A stretch of 62,593 nt of DNA, the filler included, from Bipalium vagum (taxonomy: Eukaryota): NCBI GenBank assembly GCA_037834085.1. It is 3 parts of 3 records of this genome, joined end to end, with 100 filler letters (N's around TTAATTAATTAA, not from the genome) between each part and the next. Parts side by side here need not be neighbours in the genome. Positions count along the whole stretch, not along the records: positions 1 to 25,285 come from JBBMKC010195719.1; positions 25,386 to 42,767 come from JBBMKC010069216.1; 1 more part is not named here. One strand, given 5' to 3'. A program made the translations under genes and the position numbers. Shown here one piece after another: positions 25,169-38,000 of the stretch (the first letter of the stretch is position 1; every line of letters starts with the position of its first letter). Below the pieces are notes generated by a model that did not search any database, had not been told where the DNA came from, and worked only from the letters and a program-made list of their open reading frames with translations.

Positions 25169-25195
25169 GAATAAGAATAATAATAATAATAATGA
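25110..25195. repeat. (TAA)n microsatellite
   Basis: Direct reading; it produces the poly-Ile ORF 24969-25220. Confidence 0.9.
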
Positions 25196-25285
25196 TTACC
25201 TGATAATGGTTAAGTTGCAATAATTGGGAGTAATTTTAAAAAAAAAACAAACATAATTATCAATTTTATTGAATTTTTCCCTATT

Positions 25286-25385
25286 NNNNNNNNNNNNNNN
25301 NNNNNNNNNNNNNNNNNNNNNNNNNNNNNTTAATTAATTAANNNNNNNNNNNNNNNNNNNNNNNNNNNNNNNNNNNNNNNNNNNN
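25286..25385. other. Artificial contig linker N44-TTAATTAATTAA-N44
   Basis: Exactly 100 nt; the core has stop codons in all six frames; identical copy at 42768. Confidence 0.97.
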
Positions 25386-25569
25386 TTGCATTGTTCATAT
25401 AATTTATCTAAAAAATAAAATTTAAAAATTATTTAAATTACAAAAAGTTATGATCATTTTTAAGTAAAAAGTAACTTTTGGCGCACCTGGTATAATCTAA
25501 ATCAAATATCACAAAGTAATATTTATATGAATCTTCAAAAATATATTTTTGAAATTCTTCAAATTTCAT

Positions 25570-25820
25570 AATAAAAGTGTACTTTTTTTTGGCCACCAGT
25601 ATATAAAAATCAAAAATTTTATGTTTTTAGTACAGTTGATAAGACATATAAGATCCACAATTTTTTTTCTAAGTCAGCTCTGTTAAAAAACTGGGGTTCA
25701 TCATAAACCGTATCTGAAATCATTTTTCAGACATCTTCAACTATATTTAGGTCTGGACTACGTGACGGCCACGTAATTGTTGATATGTTATTTGATTTCA
25801 GTCAATCTTGGAAAACCTTT
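25570..25820 (-). mobile_element. Tc1 (DD34E) transposase C-terminal remnant
   Basis: Minus-strand WPSRSPDLNIVEDV* and a TIR-like end ttttggccaccagtata at ~25587-25603. Confidence 0.7.
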
Positions 25821-27026
25821 GCTTTTTTAATTAATACAATAAAGGGTTAAGAACCTGTATTGAACAATGTCGGTTGAAATCTCGACAATCAAACTGCAAT
25901 AGGCAGTCACTATCAAACAAATTGCAATACTCGGCAAGCACACAAACTGCTCAGGCAGTCCCAAAAACTACAATCACTCTCTAAATAAAAGCTATTCCAA
26001 GGAATACCTTGTTCAGGAAAAATAAAATTACCAAAAACCATACTTGTAGTCTTCTGATAATTTTCAGGGCGAAAAATAATAGATTTTTGCTTATATACTA
26101 TTTAGCAGTTGATTTTAGCGTCAGTATTTGCCATTTAAGCTGTCAATCATGACGTATCTTCTATAATTAAATATTACTAAAAAAATTTAAATTCTAAAAA
26201 TTTCGAAAAAAATATTTTAGGATGACATATTCCTGATTAAAAATCGATAATTACTCCTAAAATAATATTTTTAATTTTTTTAAAAAAATTATTTAATTAA
26301 TTTGAATTAATAATCAATAATTAAAAGACGTAAATTGAAATTAGCTAGCATGTTATTTAAAATTTATTTTTCGCCAATACTATATTTACATAGGGTTAAA
26401 AGATATGAGTCGCCCTCAATACATTGAATATTACTAATTCCTAAACCTATAGTTTAACAAATATAAAAATTAAAATAATAATACAAATAATATATTATAA
26501 GAATTATTTTATGCTAAATGAAAAACCATTATACAAATCTATTCTTAATGAAACAAAATATAATGTAACTGATACAATATTTTTAGGATATAATATATTG
26601 AGATTACCAAACATTTAAAATATATATTTCTATAAAAATACAAGCCATAGTTCATTATAGTTACTTTGAATAGAAAATTTCAGAATATAAATCTTAACTT
26701 AACCTTATTTTTAAATTTTCAGTTTCTTAATTATAAAACTGGTATTTATAGCTTAAGGAAAAACTTAAATATGGGCCTAAGAGAAATTATTTCAAAATAA
26801 TATTACCTGGCATGTAGAAATAATAATATCTTAATATAAATTATAAAAATATTTAAAATTTAAAATGCTTAAAATTAGTTAAAATTCTAAATTTATTTTA
26901 AGCGTTGTTTTAAAATTATAATTATAATTTAATTCCTATTTTCGGCAATTATTCAAATTTTTCTTGAAATTATTACACTTCACATTTTTTTCTAAGATAT
27001 TTACATTAAAATATTTATTGTTTTAG

Positions 27027-27551
27027 ATGGATATTTCTGCAAAAATCAAAAATTGTTTGTTAGAGTTAAATTCTTATAATGAGAACGACTTGAATTTGTT
27101 AATAACAAATATATCTAATTTTATAAGTGGTATTGAAAGCTCATCTCATGTAAAGTCTGATATCCTCTTAAGCATATTTGCTGTATATTCTAAATTCGTC
27201 AGTTTGAATCAAAGAATTAACAGCTTAGTATTTTTACTTGAGGACCTCGGCTTAACTACTGAGGCAAGTAAAGCATTGGTTGAAATATTCGTTGCTAATG
27301 AAACGATTATCATAAATAAATTAAAAGCAAATAATTATAATTATGATTTTATTAATGACATCGATTGGCGTCTTGATTACAGTGTTAAGTCGCGATTTCC
27401 AAGTGGCAATGCTGAATCCAGGGCGATTATTGGTTTGAAGTGCGACAATGGGATATTTAATTTTGAATGTAAAAGTACTGAACTAAGGGATTTGATCAAT
27501 AAACTGAAAGAAGTGGATCGAAATATTGTAGGATTAATTGATAACAATTAA
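27027..27551 (+). CDS. COMMD3: COMM domain protein, COMMD3-like, intronless CDS
   Basis: 174 aa with the COMM signature DIDWRLDYSVKS...FEC...L.DLINKLKE. Confidence 0.8.
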   Translation: MDISAKIKNCLLELNSYNENDLNLLITNISNFISGIESSSHVKSDILLSIFAVYSKFVSLNQRINSLVFLLEDLGLTTEASKALVEIFVANETIIINKLKANNYNYDFINDIDWRLDYSVKSRFPSGNAESRAIIGLKCDNGIFNFECKSTELRDLINKLKEVDRNIVGLIDNN

Positions 27552-28204
27552 ATTTTTCTGTTGTATTTTTAATTAAATAATATCAATTAAGATTTGCATT
27601 TGCTTTATTATATTTGGTGAAAATTTAAGATGAAATATTCATCATGTTCATTTCACCTTTTAAAATTCGTGTAAAAATTTTCTTTACCTGATGCATTTTT
27701 TCAGCACTATTGATTATAAATTTTATTATAAAATGATTTTTTGTAATTAATTACAAATATAGATTTAAAGTTTTAAAATTATGATATTTATTATTAATTT
27801 TATTTCACTTTGAATTTTTGAAAGAATTTTTTTATCCATTTTTATTACGGTAGTTTAAAGTTCTCATTCAAGAATTATTCAATCCAGTATTATTTTCTTA
27901 ATGTCAATTTTGGTATTGGTCAAGTATTTTGAAGACATGTTCTCGATATTTATTAACCTCAAACAGTGATTAATAAAATTTTTGTTCATGAAACTATTTA
28001 TTAGTGTTGTTACTATTATACCTTGAAAGTAACTTTCACTCGTATGAGACAATTATTATTATGTTAGACAATAATATTTTTTGTGCTTGCATGAATAATA
28101 TTATTATTATATGAATAAAAGTAGATGTGTATGAATGTTAAAAAAAGTATATATATTTATATAATAAAATCTTTTTTTAAATAAAATAAAACTTTTAAGA
28201 AACT

Positions 28205-28322
28205 AAAAACACTCAATAAAAAGTTCTTAGTGCTAAAATTTTTTAAAAAGTAAACAAAAAGCACTCAGTGCTAAAACTTAGCTTTTCTAAAGACATAAAC
28301 AAAAGAGCATTCAAGTGCTATG
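28205..28322. repeat. Degenerate minisatellite with palindromic agcac-tca-gtgct core
   Basis: About three copies (ttcttagtgctaaa, agcactcagtgctaaa, agcattcaagtgcta) spaced 40-50 nt apart. Confidence 0.5.
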
Positions 28323-28682
28323 GAAAGAAAAACTAAATAAAATAATAATAAATTATTTCTAAAAAAAATTTATAAAAAATAAAATGAATAAATTACTATA
28401 AATAATACAGTTTTACCATATATAATAAATACTTAATAAAAATAAATAAAATAATTTTATTTTGCAAATAGATAAGATTTAATAATATTTTATTTTATTT
28501 TAAACAATTTCTTAAAATAAATACATTAAAATATAAATAATTATTATAGAAATATTTTTGTACAAAACTTTTATTAAAAAACAGTTTTACTGTTAAAAAA
28601 TATATCCTCGTTCAAAATCTAAATTTTCACAAATTTAAAATTTTTGAAACAAAAATAATAAAAGACTAGCACTACGGTTTAT

Positions 28683-30032
28683 TCAATTATCGTTTTCATT
28701 AATCCTTATTTTCTGAATTCTTGTTTTATTGAAATTTAATTTCTTCGTATAATTAATAATTATAAGAAGAATGATGCAAATAAAAGTCACTGGAGTTACA
28801 CTCATAGGTAAATACCATATAAAATCAGTATTATTCATTTTAAATAATGTCCACGAAGCTGAGTTTGTAATAATAGACAAAATATTTCTGGAGAAAATAA
28901 TTACAGAAAATACAGTTCCAATGAATTTTTTCCGCATAATTAGTGGGATTAGGCTCCAAAAAACCACGTCCCACATTAATATAAGTGTTCCAAAAAATAC
29001 AATGTGGTAGACAAAAAAGGTCTTGAAAAATACAAGTATAAGATTGTTTATCAATGATAATGAAACTGGAATTAAGAGAAAGTATAGATAACGTTCATAG
29101 AAAGATACTAGAATTCCAAAGACTAGTGAAACTACAACCGAAGTGTGAAAAGCATAAGACTTCATAGTCTCCATTAATCCAATATCATTATTCCAGAAAT
29201 AAACAAATTCCGGCAAATTATTAATTTGATAAAAACCAACTTGAAAGAAAATATGACCAAAAATTGCCAAAATCAGTGACAAAACGTATTTTTTCTCTAG
29301 TTTAATTGCGGCCACTTTGTTATTGTGGTCATTCAAATTAAGAAACTCTCGAATAAAAGAACAGATACAACCAATGATTCCAATAACGGTTGTAGAAACA
29401 ATCAACCAACCTAATGGACAACCATTTCGTGATGTTTCAAAAGCATCAATATAGATTATCAAATATGTATACCCTTTGTTGGTAAGCCTTTCACATAATA
29501 AATATATCCCGAAAATAATAGGCAAGAATCTAATACTGAAAAGTCTAACTGTCAAACGATATTGAATTACGTTCAAAACCGATGAAACGATGGAAAATAA
29601 GATCAATGAATATTTAAAGAGGATGTGATTTCTGATAAACATTGATAATACTAAGAAAACTTGGAATACTAAATTCACAGCAGAAGAGATACCAGACAAA
29701 TACTTCACCTTGCCAAGAATGTCCACAATAATTCCCACAATTATTCCCAACACTAATGGTGGAACCATGTAATAGCAGTAGACAAAAATATGATCTTCTT
29801 GTTTTATTTGAAACTTTTTGATTAAATTATCTTCTTGCATATTTAAAATTAAAACAGTCATATTAAATGGAATTGTTAAAATCTGAATAGACAGAAATAA
29901 ACACAGATTTCGAATAAATATGAAGTTGAAATGAAGGGTTTTTGGTTGAGGGTTAATGTCATGTTCATCTGCTTGATTTATACTCGTGTCTATTTCTGAT
30001 ATTTCAATATTTTCCTCAGCTTTAGCTTCCAT
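28683..30032 (-). CDS. Major facilitator superfamily transporter (MFSD1-like, divergent), intronless
   Basis: 449 aa with about 12 hydrophobic segments, MFS motif-A-like GIIVDILG, and WSLIPLIM...IGT resembling the MFSD1 C-terminal half. Confidence 0.75.
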   Translation of the reverse strand: MEAKAEENIEISEIDTSINQADEHDINPQPKTLHFNFIFIRNLCLFLSIQILTIPFNMTVLILNMQEDNLIKKFQIKQEDHIFVYCYYMVPPLVLGIIVGIIVDILGKVKYLSGISSAVNLVFQVFLVLSMFIRNHILFKYSLILFSIVSSVLNVIQYRLTVRLFSIRFLPIIFGIYLLCERLTNKGYTYLIIYIDAFETSRNGCPLGWLIVSTTVIGIIGCICSFIREFLNLNDHNNKVAAIKLEKKYVLSLILAIFGHIFFQVGFYQINNLPEFVYFWNNDIGLMETMKSYAFHTSVVVSLVFGILVSFYERYLYFLLIPVSLSLINNLILVFFKTFFVYHIVFFGTLILMWDVVFWSLIPLIMRKKFIGTVFSVIIFSRNILSIITNSASWTLFKMNNTDFIWYLPMSVTPVTFICIILLIIINYTKKLNFNKTRIQKIRINENDN

Positions 30033-31010
30033 ATATATTCAAAATTAACTTTCTTATTAAAACAAATTATTTTTTAATAAATTTATTTATTTTCAATGAA
30101 ATAATGTCATTTTAAAGAAATTTTATTATTATCATTATTGATATCTATTGTGTAATTCTTGTCATTATTTTTATTTTTATTATATTATAGAAATAATATT
30201 AATATTATTTTTCAAAGAAATAAATAGCTTATTAATAAAATTACAATAAATAGGTAATTAAAACGAATCCTTTCCTAAATCAATGTTGTATAAAGTTGAA
30301 AAATTGATTTTAAGAATTAAACAATAATCATACTTTATTTGTAAAGATTATAAAACAAAAAACAGTTACAAAAATATTTACTAGGATTTTTTCAAGTAAT
30401 CCTAAGAGCAAAATTTTTATAAAAAATCTTATACTAGTGAAAAATGATTTTTGAAGAAATTATCTTTTTTAATTTTATATTTTTTTTTAAACTATTGTGA
30501 GAAGAAAATTTTGGTAAAACTACAGGTTTTTGATCATGAATTGTGAAAAGAAAATTTTTTTCTTTTAAATAAATCTTCAGTATCATCTTAATTTAAAAAC
30601 AGGAATAAAATATGATGACTGAAAACTAAAACCTTTTAAAACTATCAGATTTCTTCATTATTATTACTTGTTTTTAAAATATCAGATTAATTAATTTTTT
30701 AATTATCCTTTTTTAAAAACATTTCCTTAAAAAACTGTTATTAAAAATGAGGAATTACAGTTTTATACTTATTCAGTAATTTATTGTTAAAGATTTTATT
30801 ATCCCTAAAAACATAAATAAAATACCTTCTGAAAATTTTTTATTTTTATTCTACAATTTATTATTAAATAAACTATTACACTATTAGAATTGAAATCATG
30901 TATTAAATATATCTTAATATATAATTACTTTTAAATGTTAATCAATTGTAATACAATATATTAATATTTTTGTCGGGGGTTATTATGTATATAACAGACA
31001 AATAAGATTA

Positions 31011-31823
31011 ATGTGTCTATTAGGGTGTTTTCAAGAACCTTCACAAATGATTAAAAACGAGAATAATCTATTGAAATCAAGAAAGAAGAATCATAATAAA
31101 GACAATAAAAAAATTCATTATTTTAATAAAGAATATTTAGCAAATAAAAAGAAATGTAACTCCAAAAATTTAAGAAATAAGCAAAATTTTAATTATCAAT
31201 ATACTTTATCGAAGAAAAATTCTAAAGATAGGGTTCATAAAATCCAAACTTATCAAAAAAGTAGACAATTTAATAAGTTAAAGATACCAGAAAAAGCAAC
31301 GCAAAATATGAATAATAGAAATAACAATCAAGCAGCAAAAGATGTTTATGTGAAAAATGAAAAGAAGAATACTCTGTCGACACCACATATATCAAAATCA
31401 GCAAATTTAGATATTCCAAATTCAATATTAAATGAAAATGATAAAGATTTTGAGTCAAAAAATAAAAATGAAGTTCTTTTCGAATCAAATGAAACAATTT
31501 CATCAATTGACATTGAAACCTCAACTTTAGGAAAATTATCTTTATGTAATCAAAAGACTGATTATGGATCTGTATGTGACATGTTAGAATTAATTGACCA
31601 AGATTTTGATGTTAATGTTGAAAATTATTTTCTCAATAGTAATTTAAGTGAATCAGTAAAGAAAGATTTCAAACATAATAGAACTCAAGATAAAATACAG
31701 TACAGAAGTTTTGACTGTTACAGTTCCATTTGTAACAGCATAGAATGTCAAAATAATTACTGTGATTATTCTTACGAATTTTATCCAGATGACTGGAAAT
31801 GTGAATGCTTAGAATTGTGTTAA
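31011..31823 (+). CDS. Hypothetical protein; K/N-rich N-terminus, acidic Cys-rich C-terminus
   Basis: A 270-codon ORF with an ATG start is unlikely by chance at this AT content. It is followed by aataaa. No recognisable domain. Confidence 0.65.
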   Translation: MCLLGCFQEPSQMIKNENNLLKSRKKNHNKDNKKIHYFNKEYLANKKKCNSKNLRNKQNFNYQYTLSKKNSKDRVHKIQTYQKSRQFNKLKIPEKATQNMNNRNNNQAAKDVYVKNEKKNTLSTPHISKSANLDIPNSILNENDKDFESKNKNEVLFESNETISSIDIETSTLGKLSLCNQKTDYGSVCDMLELIDQDFDVNVENYFLNSNLSESVKKDFKHNRTQDKIQYRSFDCYSSICNSIECQNNYCDYSYEFYPDDWKCECLELC

Positions 31824-32070
31824 TTAAATAAATAATATTATTACAAAGTTTTACATTGTTATTAATTAAATAAATAAGATTTTGTAAAGTTTCAATTTTT
31901 AATTAAAATAGATATCGAATTAACTCTTGTTTAAATTTGTCTCTAAGTGAATGGTTGCTATGTCGATTTTCAAATATTTTATTAGAATAAAATTCAATAA
32001 ATTGAATTTGTGTTAATTTTATCAATACTGACAATTACAAGTGAAACAAAAATTTTATTGTCAAACTGTG

Positions 32071-35000
32071 ATGTCAAATAACGAAAATGAAAGGTATTCC
32101 GATCTGAAAGAGCGAGGTTATTATTCAGAGATCTTACCGGATTCGGCATTCGAACAACTTGAAGTTTAATATTTGTTTTCAAGACCTACTATAAAACGAG
32201 TTGTAGAATGTCACGAGCGGTCCTCCTGTTGTCCCAAATTTGTTATCTCAAACAGTGTACATTGAGAATATCCCAAAAGGTTATAACCTGTGGTCAGCTA
32301 ACCATTACTGACCAATTTTATTTTTTTAGTCAATACATTTGAGATTCGAGATGAGATGAATAGTAATATTGATGTCCATGGTGCATCCACAAGGATCGAT
32401 CTGATATTTGTAAGTCTATCAATTTTCCTCAAGATCATTCCTGGACCTGAATCAGTCTGATTTGTAACCCTTCATCTATCACCGGAGACAACGGATAGTT
32501 TGTTTGTAGAAAAACTTAATTACGAAATACAAAATGATTCATTAAAATATTTTATAAGAAACATTTTGACTGGTCATAATTTTTTATTTTATTTATTTTT
32601 ATTATAAAATTTTTCAGAAGTGATAATATAATTCCACGTATTTTTATAATAACGATCTTCAATTAATATTATTTGTATAAATAAATAAATAAAATTTGTG
32701 AGCTGTCAAATCAAAAAAATGTTTCTTTAATATCTTAAGCGAATTATTTTGTTGCATGATTAATATCTCTACAAAAATATTTTTCCTCTTTCATTAGATT
32801 CTTCACTTATAATATACAATTATTATACAATATTTTCTAAAAAATAAAATAAAAATTGTAAAAATTATCATTTTTGTGAGATTAAAACATGTTCGATAAA
32901 ATTAAAATTGAAAACCAAATCTATTAATGAATGTTGTTAGTTCCTTAACAAATTTTAAGGGTCACAATATAATATTCTGTTTATAAACAGGAATAAAAAA
33001 ATAATATTCACTATTTTTACCATTTTAATCAGGCTACTAATATAAATTTAAAAATTAGCGATTAAATTCTAACCGGAAACATTTTAATAAATTAATCAAA
33101 TTAATAAAATAATTATGTTTTGAAATATCTTTTGGAAGAAAAATACACTTTTTAAACAAAAATATAACATTTTAAAATCAATTTTAAAATTCATGCCATT
33201 CAGAATTCAGGGCCTATTTTACGGAGAGTAATTGGAAGGATTCGGTTTATGATGAAAATATAAAAAAAACTTCCTTTCTCATAAACACTTCTGATAATTT
33301 TGGAATTTTTAATGTGAATAATAACAAAATAAAAAATAATAAGTAATCAATTAGGTAACTGTTTTGACCTGAAATGATGAGTAAAATAAGAATGAAACTC
33401 TTTCTCTTTTTTGATAGTTAATATAATTTTATTTTCTTATTTTTAGTAAAAGAATTGATTTATGTTAATTTAAATTAAATTAATTATTAAAATAAATTGT
33501 ACTTGGTCATTATTATATTTTACAATTTTTTTAATTTTATTTTTTATTTATCTGATATTTAATGATTTTGGTTTTGATGAGTATTTTAATATTTTTATAA
33601 TATGTTTTATTAATTTAATTTAATTTTAAAAAATATTTTGTTGAATGAAAATTCCTTATGTAATTTCATTATTTTTAATATTTCAATATTATTTTCTTAA
33701 CTAATTTTTAAACTATAATTTTTTAAACAATAAAATATAGGTCTTAAAATACATATAAATGATAAATTAAATATTGAAACTTAAAAACATTATATGGAAA
33801 AAGTAATGAAAATTCAGTAATGATAAATCATGGATATTTTATTTCCAAAGCTTATAAATAGGGCAAACATAAAAATGCAAATTATTTTTAATGTTATTAC
33901 TTTGTAAAAGTATTGCAAAAAATTTCAAAATCTATCTGGAAAATTTTTTTATTAAAAATTAGCTATGGATTATAATACTTTATTCAACTGTACTGGTATC
34001 GGTATTGTTAATAAATTCTATAAGAATTCCGTATGAATCTTTTATGGCAATAACCTAACTATATAAATACTCGTGAAAACAGGAAAATTTTGCTCTATGA
34101 TATATTATGCCATCATCTTTCACAAATTTAAATAAATCTCTGACTTTATCAAATTATGACAATAATAATCTACCACATGCAACCAGCTACTCCATCTCTT
34201 CACAATTGGTGTTGGAATACCTCATATTTCATGAAATAATTTTTATTGGTGATTTTTTTTACCGTTAATATAAGATCATCTACGTTTGTGAAATAAACTT
34301 AACTTTCATAGCACAATTATGAACAAGATGTGCTAGAAAATTTACATAAAACATATAAGTTATAATACATTTTGAAGGAAGTAAATGATTAAAAAATATA
34401 ACATAATACAGAGGTTTCAAAATATTGAAAATTGTATATATATATATATATATATATATTTATTTATTTATTTATTTACATATATAGGATTTTCCGGATA
34501 AGGCTTTTGAACCTAAATTACAGCTAATGTATTTTTCTTCACCTGGAACTTGTCCAAGGAGAGTTAGATTGGAAAGGTTTGTTTTTAAACAAAAATAAAA
34601 TTAATGATTACCGTTCAGAGAAAAACGGGCCTATGCAGAGTTAAGTTTAGAACATTTGTTGAAAGAGAACGGAAACATAACTAGTGACGATTTAATTCCA
34701 AAATATCACCCGCCTAATGGAAAAAAGAGTGATGGAAGTTGGGCAGCATATTTATTTTTGGAGACATTCGATAATGAGGATTATGAAATAAGAAATCCAG
34801 ATGAATGGTTAGCTATGGGTTTTGAGGATAACATAAGAAAACCAGTACCTGGAAAAGCCCTATTACCAACAACAGATGACAAACACGATGGTTTTAATTG
34901 ATGATAAAGGAATTTTTTTTGTTAATGTTTTTTAGTTGATATTCGGGATCCTTCTATTGAATGGACTTGGCAATCTGTGGGAGTGTTGGACTATGATTCC

Positions 35001-38000
35001 AATACAAAATTATGGTTTGTACAAAAACTGAACAAAGACGGGCGAATTGTTGATGAGTCTGGTTCTCCTGTGGTAAATGGGGGATTGTTACCATCTGGCA
35101 ATTTTTTGGATCTTCCCAATCAGTATTGGATTCCAAGAGTCCAGCTAATGTTCCTTGCAGAAAATCCAATTAAGTTTTCTAATAGAGTTATTGAAGCTTA
35201 TAAGTCAAGGGAACTTCATGAAGCATTATTGAGGTATCATCTCTATCTCGATTGTATGCCAATGGATGGTTTAGGAGAATTGGATCCATCCAGTCTTAAG
35301 AGAATGATTCGTATAGCCAAGGATGACACTCCAGTGTTAAAGAAACAAAAAAAGTTTGAAATTATATTTATAAATTAATAGATAATTAAGATTTACTTTG
35401 TGAAACAGCTTAGAGGAAGCAGTACAGGCACTAGAGAAAGAAGTCATGGTGGATTATTGGCGAAGTATGAACACAATAATTTTGCACAAACTTGTTAAAG
35501 AAGATCCTCAAAAGTTTCATTACATTATTTTACCTGTACAAGAAATACCGAAGGTCCCAATGAAAGGTTGTTAATAATAGCTTATTTTGAAATAAAATTA
35601 TACTGCTGGTTTAACAGGAACTATACCCATGCCGAAATACGACTTTGATACTAAATTCGAAGAATTTGCTTTTTATTCCTTGCTTACCAAGCCGGAAGTC
35701 GTTCAAGCACTTTGTAAATCACAATTCGAGTGTCTGGAAGCCAGAAACAAGCTGTTGTTTCACGTTCCCTTGGCCAAGCATATGCGCCTGGAAGAATTTG
35801 AACAGACCCAGTCACAAGCCACCCAACAGGTGTCATTGTTTCTCAAAGTAAGCTGGTAGACTTTATAAATTTGATTAAAAAATAACCTTTTTATATTTTT
35901 AAAAGGATACGTGGATAGACAATTTGCAAAAGTTCATTCGAACCTGTTTACGAGACAGTAAAAAGGGTTGGTTCAATATCTATGAAACCGATTTCTATGT
36001 TTATACGAAGTCAAAATTGAAGAAATTTATGGAATTGGTGAAATACTGCATGCAGGACTCCATGCGATACTTGACTCTAGATTCTCTCACCAACTTTGTC
36101 AACATGGTTTTGGACGCTTGCTATACCTGTGTGAAGTTGGAACCAGGATACCAGTGGCCCAATGACCTGATCACCAGTAGTCTACCGTCAGTTTGTTGTT
36201 TTGTGTTTCTTAAAATTGATGTTCTTACAATCAATTTCATTTTCATTGACTTATTAAAATGCTAAAAGCGTCATCTTCTAATGTTGCGGATCTTCTTGAA
36301 CCTGTTTGGCGTTTGAGGCTGGTATCACCAGAATTAAACTTGGCAAACCATTGTCTTGCTGTACTATGTTTAATCTGATCTGGGCCTTCAATTTCAGCAA
36401 TAAGTTGAGTGGCTTCCGCTGCACATATTTTGTTTCCAATAGTGCAGTAAAATAACCAAAATTTCATATTTTACTGTCATCTTTCGCGCTATTAATTTCA
36501 ATATTAAAACAAGATGTAATAAAAATATAACTTATTATTTTATTCAAAAATTTTTAAATATTCAAAATAAATAATCAATGTTTTATATTTATTAATTCAA
36601 GAACATATTTTCTTTAATTTAGTCATTATAACAAAAACGCTCATTTTTTATGGGACACCCTAACATGATTTTTTCCAATTTCGTCTAATAGAGCCTTTTT
36701 TTAAAACATCAGCCTTAGTAGGTTTACAATTCTCAAGTTTTAATTATTTTTTTCTCCCATCAAAACTCTGAATATTCTTACAGAATACTCTTGATTTTAT
36801 CATAGATGCAAAATGCCTTTTCCCACGAAAATTGCACTTAATGTTTAAATTTATCTATCTTTACTCATAAAATAAACGAAAATAAATCCACTTTCATATT
36901 TGGTGCCCATATGAAACATTTAAGACTTTCTTTTATCATTTTCAACTTTTTGAGTCAATTTACAAGACACTTTTGAATCCTTTTCCGCATAACGTAAATG
37001 CTTTGAAACTGTTGGCTGAGTTACATTAGATAAAGTAGACAATCATTCTTGCAATTGTGCGCGGTCTTCGTTTAATAACTCTGAGAATTCATCAATTTTC
37101 ATAATGGCTGCTCACATTTATATCTCCTGTTTTTGTTTATTGAACTATTTTTGTGCAGTTGCCATGTCCCACAAATATAATAGCACTTAAATTTTTTTGA
37201 GTTTTTCGGGCACAAGTTTTGTCATATAAAATTTAAATTTAAAAATTCTGTATGACTTATAAAGTAAACATATGAACAGATTATGTTCAAAATGTACTTC
37301 AGATCAACACAAATGCAAAAATTTTTTAAAATTATTATTATATTATTATTATTATTAACTATTATTATTATTATTATTAACTATTATTATTAATTATCAT
37401 TTTTATTATTATTTTGATTATTATTATTAATTTTAAATATTGATTCACTTTGAATTTAAATTTACTTATTATTTAAAGTTATATGAAAAGATTCGGTAAA
37501 ATTGAATATTAGGTTTACAAGTTGAAAAGGTGCCTATTTTAGTTATGACTATAATTCAAAAGAATAATAAAATATAGATATATTTATCCAGGTTAAATGT
37601 ACAAATTAATCTGGGAAATAATCTCCATTATTATTTATACATTTAAATCATTTTTCAAGTAGTTGGTGAATTCCGGTCCGGAAAAAAGATGGAATCCATA
37701 GAATTTGTCAATGATTTTTGGGCATCATCAAGGAACATCATAATTTTAGAGCCATTTACTAAATAGGAACCTTTTCAAATTGTAGACCTAATACTTGAAT
37801 TAAGATAGATTGCTTTCATTTCTTGTAGTTTTATTTTGAAAATAATTAATAATTTTTTGAAAAAATTTTAACCTAAAACTACTGAAAATATATTTCTATT
37901 TTATGATAATTAATATTATAATTTTTTTACCAATTTTCATATTGTAGGCCCAAGAAAAATCCTATTTTTCTTATTGATCTCGTATTAGATAATACTGGCT

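Noticed and set aside
25330-25341. Palindromic TTAATTAATTAA within N runs as a biological motif
   Set aside because: It is an artificial six-frame-stop linker repeated identically at 42812.
26801-26815. ttacctggca resembling the U1 snRNA 5' end
   Set aside because: Only about 10 nt match, and no U1 stem-loops or Sm site follow.
28771-29010. Antisense or overlapping ORFs (also 13066-13293, 31270-31524, 34954-35169, 39043-39396, 41411-41617, 41825-42034, 60085-60276)
   Set aside because: They are shadows of real genes or TEs on the opposite strand.
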